From assembly GCA_021774385.1 (NCBI GenBank), contig JAJFJC010000025.1, positions 1 through 53,590 of the forward strand: DNA of 53,590 nucleotides. The letters run 5' to 3'. How positions within the stretch are numbered: position 1 is the stretch's first letter; the number at the start of each line of letters is the position of its first letter. The position numbers and the translations under genes are program-made. The notes under the pieces are model-generated. The model did no database searches. It had not been told where the DNA came from and worked only from the letters and a program-made list of their open reading frames with translations. Shown in pieces: positions 43,385 through 52,564 of the stretch. The stretch comes from Alphaproteobacteria bacterium (GTDB lineage: Bacteria; Pseudomonadota; Alphaproteobacteria; UBA8366; GCA-2717185).

Positions 43385-43786
43385 ATGAGCGTTACCGCGC
43401 TGACGAAAACCGACTCTGGCGGCGCTTCGGTGGCGCTCCTGGAAGCAATCGGAGACGCCTTCAACCGGCACGATGTCGACTCCATCATCGACTTCTTCGC
43501 CGAGGACGGTAGCTTCGACAATGCCATGGGGCCGGACATCCACGGTCAACGCTATATCGGCAAGGAAACGCTGCGTGCCTTCTTCTCCGAACTGATGCGC
43601 ACCTGTCCGGACATCCAGTGGAACGCCCTCGACAACCGTGTCGACGGAAATAAGGGATTTTCGGAATGGCGCCGCCAATGCACTTTACCCAACGGCGAGA
43701 AACAGGACTGGCTAGGCCTCGATATTTTCACCTTCCGCGACGGGCAGATCGTGAAGAAGGACACCTACTTCAAAAACGTCATATAG
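43385..43786 (+). CDS. SnoaL/NTF2-like fold protein
   Basis: 133 aa. The pattern AFNRHDVDSIIDFFAEDGSF ... W is typical of this fold. Confidence 0.65.
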   Translation: MSVTALTKTDSGGASVALLEAIGDAFNRHDVDSIIDFFAEDGSFDNAMGPDIHGQRYIGKETLRAFFSELMRTCPDIQWNALDNRVDGNKGFSEWRRQCTLPNGEKQDWLGLDIFTFRDGQIVKKDTYFKNVI

Positions 43787-43837
43787 GCCCCCTCCCCCGT
43801 GGCCATCCATGGGGGAAGGTGGCAAACCGAAGGCGGA

Positions 43838-45352
43838 CTAGTCCGCTCCGGCGCGGTTGGCTTCGGCATCGGGGTGCATGCTGTCGAGCGGCACGGAACG
43901 ACCGTCGGCGGTTACCATACGTGCATGGTAGCGGCGTAACAAACGAGGTTCCCGAACTCCGCAGGAATGCGCAATGACGCCGATCTCATGCGTCATGTTC
44001 TCGATATAGTGCTGTACGCGCAACGCCTTGTCGTTTGGATCAAGCCCCTTTTGCAGTCTCGGGTTGTGTGTGGTTATCCCGGTGGGACAGGTGTTCTTGT
44101 TGCATTGCAACGCTTGAATACAACCGAGCGCGAACATGAACCCACGGGCCGAGACACAAAAATCCGCGCCAACGCACAAGGCCCATGCCGCTTCCGCCGG
44201 CGTAACCAGCTTACCCGACGCGATGACCTTAACCCTGTCCCGCAAACCATGCGCCACCAGCAAGTCGACCAACAATGGCAGGCTTTCGGATATTGGCAGG
44301 CCCACGTAATCGATTAAACTGGAAGGTGCCGCGCCGGTGCCGCCATCGGCGCTATCGACGGTAATGAAATCTGGTGCGGATTCGAGGCCGCGCCGCTTGA
44401 TTTCCTCAAACAGCGTTTCCAACCAGCCGAAGGCGCCGATCACCACCTTGAAGCCCACCGGTTTACCCGTGGCCGCGCGAACACGGCTGATCAAATCTAA
44501 CAGGTCGGCGGCGGAGTCGACTTCCGGATGCCGGTTCGGACTGATTGAATCCTGCCCGGCCGGAATGCCACGGATCTCGGAAATCTGTGGCGTCACTTTA
44601 CCGCCCGGCAGGATGCCCCCCTTGCCTGGTTTCGCCCCCTGACTCAGCTTTATTTCGAACATTCGAACCCGTTGATGGGCCGCGACTTCACGCAATTTGT
44701 CGTCACAGAGATTTCCATCTTCGTCGCGCACGCCATACTTCGCGGTGCCGATTTGAAAAACGATGTCGCCACCGCCCAGCAGATGGAAGGGCGACAAGCC
44801 ACCCTCGCCCGTATTCATCCACGCGCCGGCGGCGGCGGCGCCACGCGAAAGCGCCGTCACGGCAACATCGGAAATCGCGCCGTAACTCATCCCCGAAATA
44901 TTGAACAGGCTTTTCGTTGTAAAAGGCGTGGCGCAATCGGGCCCAATCGTCACGCCCGAGGTATCCGCCGCGTCCTCCTCCAGTGTCGGAAAGGGACAGT
45001 TGACGAACATTACGGTCCCGACCGGATTCAAATCCCGGGTCGAGCCGAAGGCAACCGTCGTATCAACATCTTTCGAGGCGCGATAAACGTAGTTCCGTTG
45101 CTCACGGTTGAAAGGCATCTCCTCGCGATCCATCGCGAAGAAGTACTGGCGAAAAAACGTGCCCATATGTTCGAAGAAATAACGAAACCGGCCGATCACG
45201 GGATAGTTGCGGCGTATAGCGTGCTCGGTTTGCGTTATATCGACGACGTAAAGCACGGCGGCGAACAGCACACCGCCGCCAATCAAGAAAACAAACGCGA
45301 TTGCCATATAGGTTACGATTTCGACACCCAAATTGGGTGATATGTTGATCAT
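43838..45352 (-). CDS. FMN-binding glutamate-synthase-family protein with an N-terminal membrane anchor
   Basis: LSQGAKPGKGGILPG, DFITVDSADGGTGAAP, and an N-terminal TM helix. Confidence 0.85.
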   Translation of the reverse strand: MINISPNLGVEIVTYMAIAFVFLIGGGVLFAAVLYVVDITQTEHAIRRNYPVIGRFRYFFEHMGTFFRQYFFAMDREEMPFNREQRNYVYRASKDVDTTVAFGSTRDLNPVGTVMFVNCPFPTLEEDAADTSGVTIGPDCATPFTTKSLFNISGMSYGAISDVAVTALSRGAAAAGAWMNTGEGGLSPFHLLGGGDIVFQIGTAKYGVRDEDGNLCDDKLREVAAHQRVRMFEIKLSQGAKPGKGGILPGGKVTPQISEIRGIPAGQDSISPNRHPEVDSAADLLDLISRVRAATGKPVGFKVVIGAFGWLETLFEEIKRRGLESAPDFITVDSADGGTGAAPSSLIDYVGLPISESLPLLVDLLVAHGLRDRVKVIASGKLVTPAEAAWALCVGADFCVSARGFMFALGCIQALQCNKNTCPTGITTHNPRLQKGLDPNDKALRVQHYIENMTHEIGVIAHSCGVREPRLLRRYHARMVTADGRSVPLDSMHPDAEANRAGAD

Positions 45353-45403
45353 CTTGTTGCTCCAATTTCCTGTATTTTTTTTGCGCGTGCGATGACGAGG
45401 CGA

Positions 45404-45853
45404 TTATCGGTTTAGGAAACCGATAATCCCGCCCAACACGGCGCCGTAAAGGATGTGTCCCACGAACGACGCCATCGCCGGTGGGAATTCGCCCATGAAA
45501 AAGCCGCCGCCGGTTACCGGCATCACGACAACCATCGCCGCCAGCCACAGGATCACGCCCCAAGCGATACCCTTGAGCCACATCGGGCCAGGCAGGAAAT
45601 TAACGGCAATTAGAACAAAGATTAATGGAAACAGAATGGTTCCGAGCATGAAATGAATGGCCATTCCAACCATCCAGATTCCGCCGGTCATCGCGCCGAG
45701 ATGGGCAGCGATATCCATTGGTTTACCGATCATCATCGGTGCCGCTTTGTACATCATCAGTGTCATCAGAACCGTCGCGATGAAGCCCGCGACCGGCGCA
45801 TGCCACAGCCTTGTCCTCGGCGTGTCAGAATCAGATTTCGTGAATGTAGGCAT
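45404..45853 (-). CDS. Small 4-TM membrane protein of unknown function
   Basis: Four hydrophobic helices. ATG at 45853 is preceded by AGAGGA; the track start at 45895 is less likely. Confidence 0.55.
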   Translation of the reverse strand: MPTFTKSDSDTPRTRLWHAPVAGFIATVLMTLMMYKAAPMMIGKPMDIAAHLGAMTGGIWMVGMAIHFMLGTILFPLIFVLIAVNFLPGPMWLKGIAWGVILWLAAMVVVMPVTGGGFFMGEFPPAMASFVGHILYGAVLGGIIGFLNR

Positions 45854-46045
45854 CAGTAATCCTCTATGGTCAAATTCGATCGCTATGCGAACCATGGTTT
45901 GGAAATTAGACGCTCGAATGCGGCACAGGTTACAAACGGACTCCAGTCGCTAAATTTTTTAGAAGGACATTGATGGGAAATCGTTGTGATCCGGGGTGAA
46001 CTCAAATAGATTTTCTCCAATTAAGCGACTGGTTGTGGAGTTAAA

Positions 46046-46618
46046 GTGGACGATACGGAGAACAATCCGCGCGACAGTACCGCGCTTGAGCAAGCCATTC
46101 GCGAACATGGCCCCGCCATGCTGGCCGTTGCGCGGCGCCTCCTGAGGAATGAAGAAGACGCGCGTGAGTGTGTGCAAGACGCCTATCTTCGGGCATTTAC
46201 AAAATCCGATCAGTTCGACGGCCGCTCCACATTTCGAACATGGCTCCACCGTATCGTGGTCAATTCGGCATTAGGTCTTTTGCGGAAACGTAAAAGAAGC
46301 GCAGTGCAGACATTGGACGGGTTGCTGCCCGAATTTGACGCCAATGGTTGCCGCATCGAACCAATGTGGCAAATCGATGAACCGCTGGAGAAGGTGCTGG
46401 AAAATAGGCTTGTCCGCGACACCGTTCATCAATCAATCGACAAACTTCCTGATATTTATCGTATCGTTTTGCTCCTTCGTGACATCGAAGGGTACAGCAC
46501 TGAAGAAGTTGCACAATTATTGGATACAAATGTAGCCGTCGTTAAAACAAGGTTGCATCGCGCACGCGCCGCGTTGAAAAGACTGTTGGAGCCTCTGTGG
46601 ACAGGAGGCGAAATATGA
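46046..46618 (+). CDS. ECF-type RNA polymerase sigma-70 factor
   Basis: Region 2 (DAYLRAFTKSDQFDGRSTFRTWLHRIVVN) and region 4 (YSTEEVAQLLDTNVAVVKTRLHRAR). Confidence 0.9.
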   Translation: MDDTENNPRDSTALEQAIREHGPAMLAVARRLLRNEEDARECVQDAYLRAFTKSDQFDGRSTFRTWLHRIVVNSALGLLRKRKRSAVQTLDGLLPEFDANGCRIEPMWQIDEPLEKVLENRLVRDTVHQSIDKLPDIYRIVLLLRDIEGYSTEEVAQLLDTNVAVVKTRLHRARAALKRLLEPLWTGGEI

Positions 46619-46935
46619 ATCCCGATCGTGGCGTATTGAGAAAGCTCAAAGGTTTGCTAGGGAAGATGCCAATGATGCTGACGTGTCAGGAATTTGAAGA
46701 TTTTGTGCTGGATTATTTCGAAGGCACCTTGACGGCAAAAGAAAACGCCATTTTCAAAATGCACCTATTGGTGTGCACGGATTGTAAACGTTACCTCGCG
46801 GCATATAAACGAAGTGTCGAACTAGGCCAAAACCTTTTCAAGGAGCCAAATTCTCCGGTTCCCGACGATATGCCCGAAGATTTGGTACAAGCGATATTGG
46901 CGGCAAAAGAATCCGAACCCGAACTTGGTCCCTAA
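46615..46935 (+). CDS. Anti-sigma factor, zf-HC2 type (short, apparently soluble)
   Basis: CQEFEDFVLDY ... HLLVCTDCKRYL (Hx3Cx2C). The ATG overlaps the sigma-factor stop as ATGA, which indicates translational coupling. Confidence 0.75.
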   Translation: MNPDRGVLRKLKGLLGKMPMMLTCQEFEDFVLDYFEGTLTAKENAIFKMHLLVCTDCKRYLAAYKRSVELGQNLFKEPNSPVPDDMPEDLVQAILAAKESEPELGP

Positions 46936-47159
46936 GAAGATAAACCTAACGAAAATTAATATTCGGCATAGCATTTGGACTTAAAGGAACCTCATATCCT
47001 TTTCAAAAAACGCCTTTCACGCGCCAATTAACATTCATGTACCCAATCCGCGGACCAAAGCATCATAACCCTTGAAACCCTTGCGTCTTGGCGCAGTTGT
47101 CTTTGGGCCTGGTCGACGTAATCCGCGAAATTTCGTGGAGCATTTGGAGAACATTAGTC

Positions 47160-48539
47160 ATGGCGAATAAATTCGACGCGATCATCATTGGAACGGGCCA
47201 ATCCGGCCCCTCTCTCGCGCAACGGATGACCCAGCAAGGGCTCAAGACGGCGATTATCGAGCGCAACCTTTTCGGTGGCACATGCGTCAATGTTGGCTGC
47301 ATTCCGACCAAGGCCTTGGTCGCTAGTGCGCGCGCTGTGCATATGGCGCGGCGCGGCGCGGATTTCGGCGTCGTCATCGACGGCGCTATCAACGTAGACA
47401 TGAAACAAGTAAAGGCGCGCAAGGATGGCATCGTTCGCCAATCCAACGAAGGTGTCACCAACTGGCTCAAGAACATGGACAACCTGACCGTCTATGAAGG
47501 TCATGGCAGACTAGAGAGCGCCAATACCGTCAGCGTCAACGGTGAGCTGTTGGAGGCGGACAAGATCGTCCTCAATGTCGGTGGCCGCGCCTTGGTTCCC
47601 GAGATGCCGGGCGTGCACGACATCCCCTATCTCACGAACTCGAACATAATGGACGTGGACTTCCTGCCCGAACATCTGGTGGTCATCGGCGGCAGCTATA
47701 TTGGGCTTGAATTCGCGCAAATGTATCGCCGTTTCGGCAGCAAGGTCACCGTGATGCAGCGCGGTGCCCGCTTGGTGGCGCGCGAGGACGAAGATGTTTC
47801 CGAGGGTATTAAGGAAATCATCGAGGATTCGGGAATAGAGGTAAAACTGAATGCCGAATGCATGGCGTTCGAGAAACGCGGCAACCAGGTTGCCGTAACC
47901 TCAAATTGCCCTGACGGGCCGGAAGATACCGTCGGCAGCCATGTCCTGCTCGCCGTCGGGCGAATTCCGAACACCGGAGACCTTGGACTTGAAGCAGCTG
48001 GCGTTGAATCGGATAAGCGCGGTTTTATTACGGTTGACGACGAACTTCGCACCAACGTACCGGGCATCTGGGCAATGGGTGACGCCAATGGACGCGGCGC
48101 GTTCACGCACACGTCTTACAACGACTACGAAATTCTTGCGGCAAACATGTTCGATAACGACCCACGCCGTGTCTCCGACCGCATCACCACCTACGGCCTT
48201 TTCATCGACCCGCCGTTGGGCAGGGTTGGCATGACGGAACGCGAGGTAAGGGAATCTGGCCGCAAGGCGCTGATCGGCAAGATGATGATGACGCGGGTCG
48301 GGCGGGCCAAGGAACGCAGCGAAACGCAGGGTTTCATGAAAGTGCTGGTCGATGCGGAGACCAAGAAAATCTTGGGCGCGTCTATCCTAGGGATTGGCGG
48401 GGACGAGATCATCCATTCCCTACTCGATATCATGTATGCCGACGCCCCTTACACCGTGATTCAGAGAGCCATGCACATTCATCCCACCGTTTCGGAGCTA
48501 ATTCCGACGATGCTGGGTGATCTACGGCCCATGGAGTAG
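47160..48539 (+). CDS. Class I pyridine-nucleotide-disulfide oxidoreductase (flavoprotein disulfide reductase; MerA-core/RclA-like)
   Basis: FDAIIIGTGQSGP (FAD), GGTCVNVGCIPTK (redox CxxxxC), and a C-terminal HIHPTVSE dimer-interface motif. It has no NmerA domain and no C-terminal Cys pair. Confidence 0.8.
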   Translation: MANKFDAIIIGTGQSGPSLAQRMTQQGLKTAIIERNLFGGTCVNVGCIPTKALVASARAVHMARRGADFGVVIDGAINVDMKQVKARKDGIVRQSNEGVTNWLKNMDNLTVYEGHGRLESANTVSVNGELLEADKIVLNVGGRALVPEMPGVHDIPYLTNSNIMDVDFLPEHLVVIGGSYIGLEFAQMYRRFGSKVTVMQRGARLVAREDEDVSEGIKEIIEDSGIEVKLNAECMAFEKRGNQVAVTSNCPDGPEDTVGSHVLLAVGRIPNTGDLGLEAAGVESDKRGFITVDDELRTNVPGIWAMGDANGRGAFTHTSYNDYEILAANMFDNDPRRVSDRITTYGLFIDPPLGRVGMTEREVRESGRKALIGKMMMTRVGRAKERSETQGFMKVLVDAETKKILGASILGIGGDEIIHSLLDIMYADAPYTVIQRAMHIHPTVSELIPTMLGDLRPME

Positions 48540-48586
48540 CGCTCAATACCGCGCGGATACACGCGAGCCAGAAGGATTAGAGGGCT

Positions 48587-49597
48587 TTGATTCTCGATAT
48601 AGCATTGCTCATTGTAACAATGCTTTTTGCGGGCATTCTCGGCTTTGCCGCCCATCGTTCGAGCATCTGCAATGTGAAGGCGGTCGTCGAAATTATGACG
48701 ACCCGCCGCGCCTATCTGTTCGCCAGTTTCGGCAAATCGGTACTGTGGAGCATTGTCGTCACGCTGGCGCTCTTGTTCCTCTTGCCCTCGACCGGCGCGG
48801 CGGGCGGCGGCTTATCGCTGTCGGCTCTTTCGTTGTTTGGTGGTTTTGTGTGCGGTCTCGGGATGGCGATCAACGGAAGTTGCGCCTTCGCCACCCTGAG
48901 CCGCCTTGCCGAAGGCGACGCCAGAATGCTGGTTACACTGATAACGCTGATTGCCGGTGCCGTCGGAACAACCATCGCCTTACCGTATTTCAATCCAACC
49001 CCACCAGACTCGCTACCAACCCCCTATGATCCATCGCAAGGCTGGGTCTCAATTTTACTCATTGTCCTCGGACTCTGGGCCGTGTGGGAGCTCGTCCGCT
49101 TGGCTCGAACGCGCGGCAAGGCTGGGCCCGGCGTCCTTCGTTTGTCGATAGCCGCCCTGCTGATTGGCGTCGCAAACGGATTTCTCTTCGCCTTTTCCGG
49201 CAACTGGCCCTATACCGCGACACTCATTGGCGGCGCACGGAATTTAGCAAGTGTCGGCCCCGCGCCTTCAATAGCTCTGTGGAGCCTCTTCGGGGCGTTA
49301 CTGTTCGGCATGATAGTTTCAGCAATTCAGCGTGGCAGCTTCCGTCTTCGCGCAAGACCACGCCTGTCCTGGTTGCGCAACCTATTCGGCGGCGGGCTTA
49401 TCGGTGCGGGGGTCGTGATGATTCCCGGCGGCAACGACGTGCTCCTCCTTCATGGCATACCGAACCTATCGCCCCACGCCGCACCGGCCTATGTCGCCAT
49501 GGTGCTTGGAATTGCAACCGTCCTCATTTGCCTTCACGTGAGCGGCAGGCGGTCGACTTCCGTTGATTGCGGCGGCGATATTTGCCGCACGGTCTGA
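48587..49597 (+). CDS. YeeE/YedE-family membrane protein (sulfur/selenium-compound transport family)
   Basis: About nine helices. LGFAAHRSSICNV and GGFVCGLGMAINGSCAF resemble the repeated GxxxxQRSxxC / GGC motifs of the family. TTG start. Confidence 0.55.
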   Translation: MILDIALLIVTMLFAGILGFAAHRSSICNVKAVVEIMTTRRAYLFASFGKSVLWSIVVTLALLFLLPSTGAAGGGLSLSALSLFGGFVCGLGMAINGSCAFATLSRLAEGDARMLVTLITLIAGAVGTTIALPYFNPTPPDSLPTPYDPSQGWVSILLIVLGLWAVWELVRLARTRGKAGPGVLRLSIAALLIGVANGFLFAFSGNWPYTATLIGGARNLASVGPAPSIALWSLFGALLFGMIVSAIQRGSFRLRARPRLSWLRNLFGGGLIGAGVVMIPGGNDVLLLHGIPNLSPHAAPAYVAMVLGIATVLICLHVSGRRSTSVDCGGDICRTV

Positions 49598-49687
49598 CGG
49601 AGGCTCCTTCAATCCGCAGTTCCTGATAAGTTTTTAATTAACGCTTTGTCCTTGACGCCAATAGAAATGCGCGTTACTCGTGCGCCC

Positions 49688-49745
49688 CTCGTGGTGATTT
49701 GTCCGACCGGATTGCGGCCACGTTAAATAAACCGCTAAAAGGTCT
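49688..49745 (+). promoter_or_regulatory. Candidate SAM-II (metA-element) riboswitch
   Basis: An H-type pseudoknot is possible: CGUGG (49690-94)/CCACG (49718-22) interleaved with GCGG (49714-17)/CCGC (49732-35). It has a GAUUU loop and a 3' AAACCGCUAAAAGG tail resembling the conserved AAAGCUAAAA strand. It lies in the leader of metZ, a typical SAM-II-regulated gene class. Confidence 0.4.
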
Positions 49746-49761
49746 GATTGGTTTGTTTCAA

Positions 49762-49788
49762 GCCTCGGCCTAGCGGTCGGGGCTTTTT
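49762..49788 (+). terminator. Intrinsic terminator / attenuator hairpin with a U-tract
   Basis: GCCTCGGCC-TAGC-GGTCGGGGC (9 bp including two G-U pairs) followed by TTTTT, 41 nt before the metZ ATG. Confidence 0.55.
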
Positions 49789-49828
49789 CGTTGCCCCGCC
49801 CGTTCGAGGATGAGAAGCGGAGGGGACG

Positions 49829-51055
49829 ATGACGCAAAGAGAAAGCAGCAATCCAAGCTGGCGGCCCGCAACAAACTTGGTACGGGGCGGCCTTACGCGT
49901 AGCGGGTTTTCCGAAACCAGCGAAGCACTCTACATGACGTCGGGATATGTCTACGAGTCGGCGGAAGAAGCCGAGGCGGCGTTCTCGAACGACATCGACC
50001 GCTATATCTATTCGCGCTACGCCAACCCAACATTGTCAATGCTCGAGGAGCGACTCTGCCTGTTGGAGGGCGCGGAAGCCTGCGCGACCACGGCAAGCGG
50101 CATGGCGGCCGTCTTCGCCGCGCTCGCCTGTCAGGTGGAAGCCGGCGATTATGTCGTCGCGTCACGGGCGCTGTTCGGCTCCTGCCTTTACATCATCAAC
50201 GATATTTTGCCCCGGCTCGGTGTCGAAACCCGTGTCGTGGACGGCACCGATTTGGCGGAATGGGAGGACGCCCTGAGCCGTCCCACCAAATGTGTTTTCC
50301 TGGAAACCCCAACCAATCCGACATTAGAAATTATCGATCTGGCTGCGGTGTGCGAGCTCGCCCATGCGGTCGGCGCCCGCGTCATTGTCGATAATGTTTT
50401 CTCGACCCCCATGCTACAGCGGCCGCTTCAGCTCGGTGCGGATATCGTCGTTTATTCGACCACCAAACATATCGATGGGCAGGGCCGCTCGCTTGGCGGG
50501 GCAATCCTATGCGACGCGGAGTTCCACAAGGAGTTCGTGACGCCATTCATGCGCCATACCGGACCGGCACTGAGCCCGTTCAACGCCTGGATTTGTTTGA
50601 AAGGTCTAGAAACCCTGGACCTGCGCGTCCGGCAACATTGCGAAAATGCGCGCGCCGTCGCGGAGTTTCTGGAAGGACAGCCCGGCCTCAACCGCGTCAT
50701 CTATCCGGGGCTGGCCTCACATCCTCAGCATGATTTGGCGAAAACCCAGATGAGCGGCGCCAGCAGCATGGTGAGTTTCGAGCTGCCCGGCGGCAAGGAA
50801 GCGGCGTTCCGTTTTCTGAATGCGCTGGAGATCATCGATTTGTCGAACAATCTCGGCGACGCAAAAAGCCTCATCACGCATCCGGAGACAACCACACATC
50901 AACGCCTCAGCGACGAGGAGCGCGTGCAACTCGGAATCAACGGTGGCTTAGTGCGCTTATCGGTCGGGCTCGAGGATCCACTCGATTTGCAGGACGATAT
51001 CGCCCGCGCGCTCGACTTTTCCGCGCTTAAGGCAGATCGAGCCGTACGGCGATAG
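49829..51055 (+). CDS. metZ: O-succinylhomoserine sulfhydrylase (Cys/Met-metabolism PLP enzyme)
   Basis: YIYSRYANPT, EGAEACATTASGMAAV, VVYSTTKHIDGQGRSLGG (PLP-Lys). GGAGGGG SD. Confidence 0.85.
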   Translation: MTQRESSNPSWRPATNLVRGGLTRSGFSETSEALYMTSGYVYESAEEAEAAFSNDIDRYIYSRYANPTLSMLEERLCLLEGAEACATTASGMAAVFAALACQVEAGDYVVASRALFGSCLYIINDILPRLGVETRVVDGTDLAEWEDALSRPTKCVFLETPTNPTLEIIDLAAVCELAHAVGARVIVDNVFSTPMLQRPLQLGADIVVYSTTKHIDGQGRSLGGAILCDAEFHKEFVTPFMRHTGPALSPFNAWICLKGLETLDLRVRQHCENARAVAEFLEGQPGLNRVIYPGLASHPQHDLAKTQMSGASSMVSFELPGGKEAAFRFLNALEIIDLSNNLGDAKSLITHPETTTHQRLSDEERVQLGINGGLVRLSVGLEDPLDLQDDIARALDFSALKADRAVRR

Positions 51056-51374
51056 CGGCACTGGCGATAACCATCGTATCGCCGCTTCCTTCGCTTGGCA
51101 CATTCAAGCCGCCTTTGACCGCGCTCACGGTGACAACGCCGACGGGAAGGGTTTCCTTCACGGCGTTGGTATCGACCTTGTCCGGCTGCTGCACGCCAAT
51201 CGTCACATCGACGAACATCTTGTCCTTATCCACGCCCAAGGTGCGGATCATGGTCAGTGAGCTGTGATGCAAGGCATCCTGGACCGCCCGAAGCGCGGCT
51301 TTGGTATAGTCGCCGCCATGCAGATCGTTGCCGGCGCCCATTTCGAGGATCACGCGTTTCGCGGTCATATCCAC
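51027..51374 (-). CDS. Lin0512-family protein (function unknown), paralog 2
   Basis: EMGAGNDLHGGDYTKAALRAVQDALHHSSL ... AIAVRLDLP. Its 3' end overlaps the metZ 3' end by 29 bp (convergent genes). Confidence 0.7.
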   Translation of the reverse strand: MDMTAKRVILEMGAGNDLHGGDYTKAALRAVQDALHHSSLTMIRTLGVDKDKMFVDVTIGVQQPDKVDTNAVKETLPVGVVTVSAVKGGLNVPSEGSGDTMVIASAAIAVRLDLP

Positions 51375-51377
51375 CCC

Positions 51378-51719
51378 CTATGGTAAATCGAGCCGCACGA
51401 CCGCGGCGGCATGAGCAATCAGCGTGGAATCGGTTCCGGCATCGTTCGGAATTTCAAGCCCGCCCTCGACAACATTCACCGTTCCCGTACCGTGCGGCAG
51501 GACCGATAAGACGGCCTCCCGGTCAACCTGGCCCGGTTGCGGCACGCCGATAGTGACCTCGACTTGCATGGAGTCGGTCGGTTGCCCAAGCGCGGCGGCG
51601 ACACTCAACGAATTATGCCAAAGCGCATCACGCAGCGCCCGTACCGCTGCCTTCGTATGATCGGCGCCCCGAATATCGGTCCCCATCCCGATTTCCGTGA
51701 CCACATGCTTCAATGCCAT
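51378..51719 (-). CDS. Lin0512-family protein (function unknown), paralog 1
   Basis: EIGMGTDIRGADHTKAAVRALRDALWHNSL ... AAVVRLDLP. Separated from paralog 2 by 3 nt. Confidence 0.7.
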   Translation of the reverse strand: MALKHVVTEIGMGTDIRGADHTKAAVRALRDALWHNSLSVAAALGQPTDSMQVEVTIGVPQPGQVDREAVLSVLPHGTGTVNVVEGGLEIPNDAGTDSTLIAHAAAVVRLDLP

Positions 51720-51800
51720 GCCAAACCTTCCTCACCGTCATTGTCCCGTTCGTCGCGACCATGCGTTACCGCCGCGCGTGGGGCAAGTGAACTCTGGCAT

Positions 51801-52322
51801 TCAGTTGCCGGCTTCAACCCGCTTTTTCAACGCCACGTTCATTGCCTCGAACCCCTCACGCTTGTGCTCTATGTAGGATGCCGTCAAAGGGCCGATCAAG
51901 AGCCCGCTCAAATCCTCTTCATGCCGCAATCGCGTACGACCACTTCCCATTGCGTCAATAATCAGCTTGTGCTTCCCGACAAACATCCTCGGAATCGGTA
52001 GGGAATACTCCCATCGAAGTTCGTGGTCGACAATCAGTCCCAATAGCTTCGCATCATAATTCGTTGTCCCTTGATCCGGGACATCCAGCGTAACCTGGAT
52101 ACGGCCACCCGATCGGATATCACCCGTCAAACTTCTAATAAATGGATTCCATTCGCCATATTTCGCCGTATCGCCAAGAACCCGCCAAACAGACGATACT
52201 GGCGCATCAATCACGATTGCCGTGGAAATGCTTCGGTCGGCCCGCGTCAATGCAAGCCCGGTCACCGCTGCCGCGCCCAGTAAAACCAGACCAGCTATCA
52301 ATAAAAACAGAATTCGCCGCAT
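51801..52322 (-). CDS. SRPBCC (START/polyketide-cyclase-like) domain protein with an N-terminal signal/anchor
   Basis: MRRILFLLIAGLVLLGAAAVTG, followed by WRVLGDTAKYGEWNPF, typical of the SRPBCC fold. Confidence 0.65.
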   Translation of the reverse strand: MRRILFLLIAGLVLLGAAAVTGLALTRADRSISTAIVIDAPVSSVWRVLGDTAKYGEWNPFIRSLTGDIRSGGRIQVTLDVPDQGTTNYDAKLLGLIVDHELRWEYSLPIPRMFVGKHKLIIDAMGSGRTRLRHEEDLSGLLIGPLTASYIEHKREGFEAMNVALKKRVEAGN

Positions 52323-52564
52323 CGTCTTTCACGCCCCCGTATACCGTATGGAATTAAAACAAACGGGCCCGAGGTGTAAAATAAATTGGCGTGCAGGCGG
52401 AAACGATGATGCGAACCAGTGGCTCATCGTAGTATCTCTCCCAGCGGTTCGAGCTTTGTGAAGCAGGTAAATCAACGAAAGATTTGGTAACAATCCTATT
52501 TTTGAAAACGTCTGCTTACAAAGTAAACACACAAAATATCTAAGGTTCGGCATCCATGGTTAGG

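Noticed and set aside
45896-46045. An ECF-type autoregulatory promoter (GGAAC-N16/17-CGT-like) upstream of the sigma gene and upstream of 47160.
   Set aside because: Only weak, mis-spaced matches were found by eye (GCGAAC...CGCT, and GGAACC...TCAAAA with too short a spacer). This is not reportable without the group-specific motif.
47160-48539. Calling this gene mercuric reductase (merA).
   Set aside because: - It has no N-terminal HMA (NmerA) domain and no C-terminal Cys-Cys pair.
- No merR, merT or merP gene is nearby.
- Only the generic flavoprotein disulfide reductase core is supported.
52329-52553. A 74-aa reverse ORF in the AT-rich spacer between the kinase remnant and the SRPBCC gene.
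   Set aside because: It has no motif, an odd composition and no ribosome-binding site. It is most likely non-coding promoter or terminator sequence.
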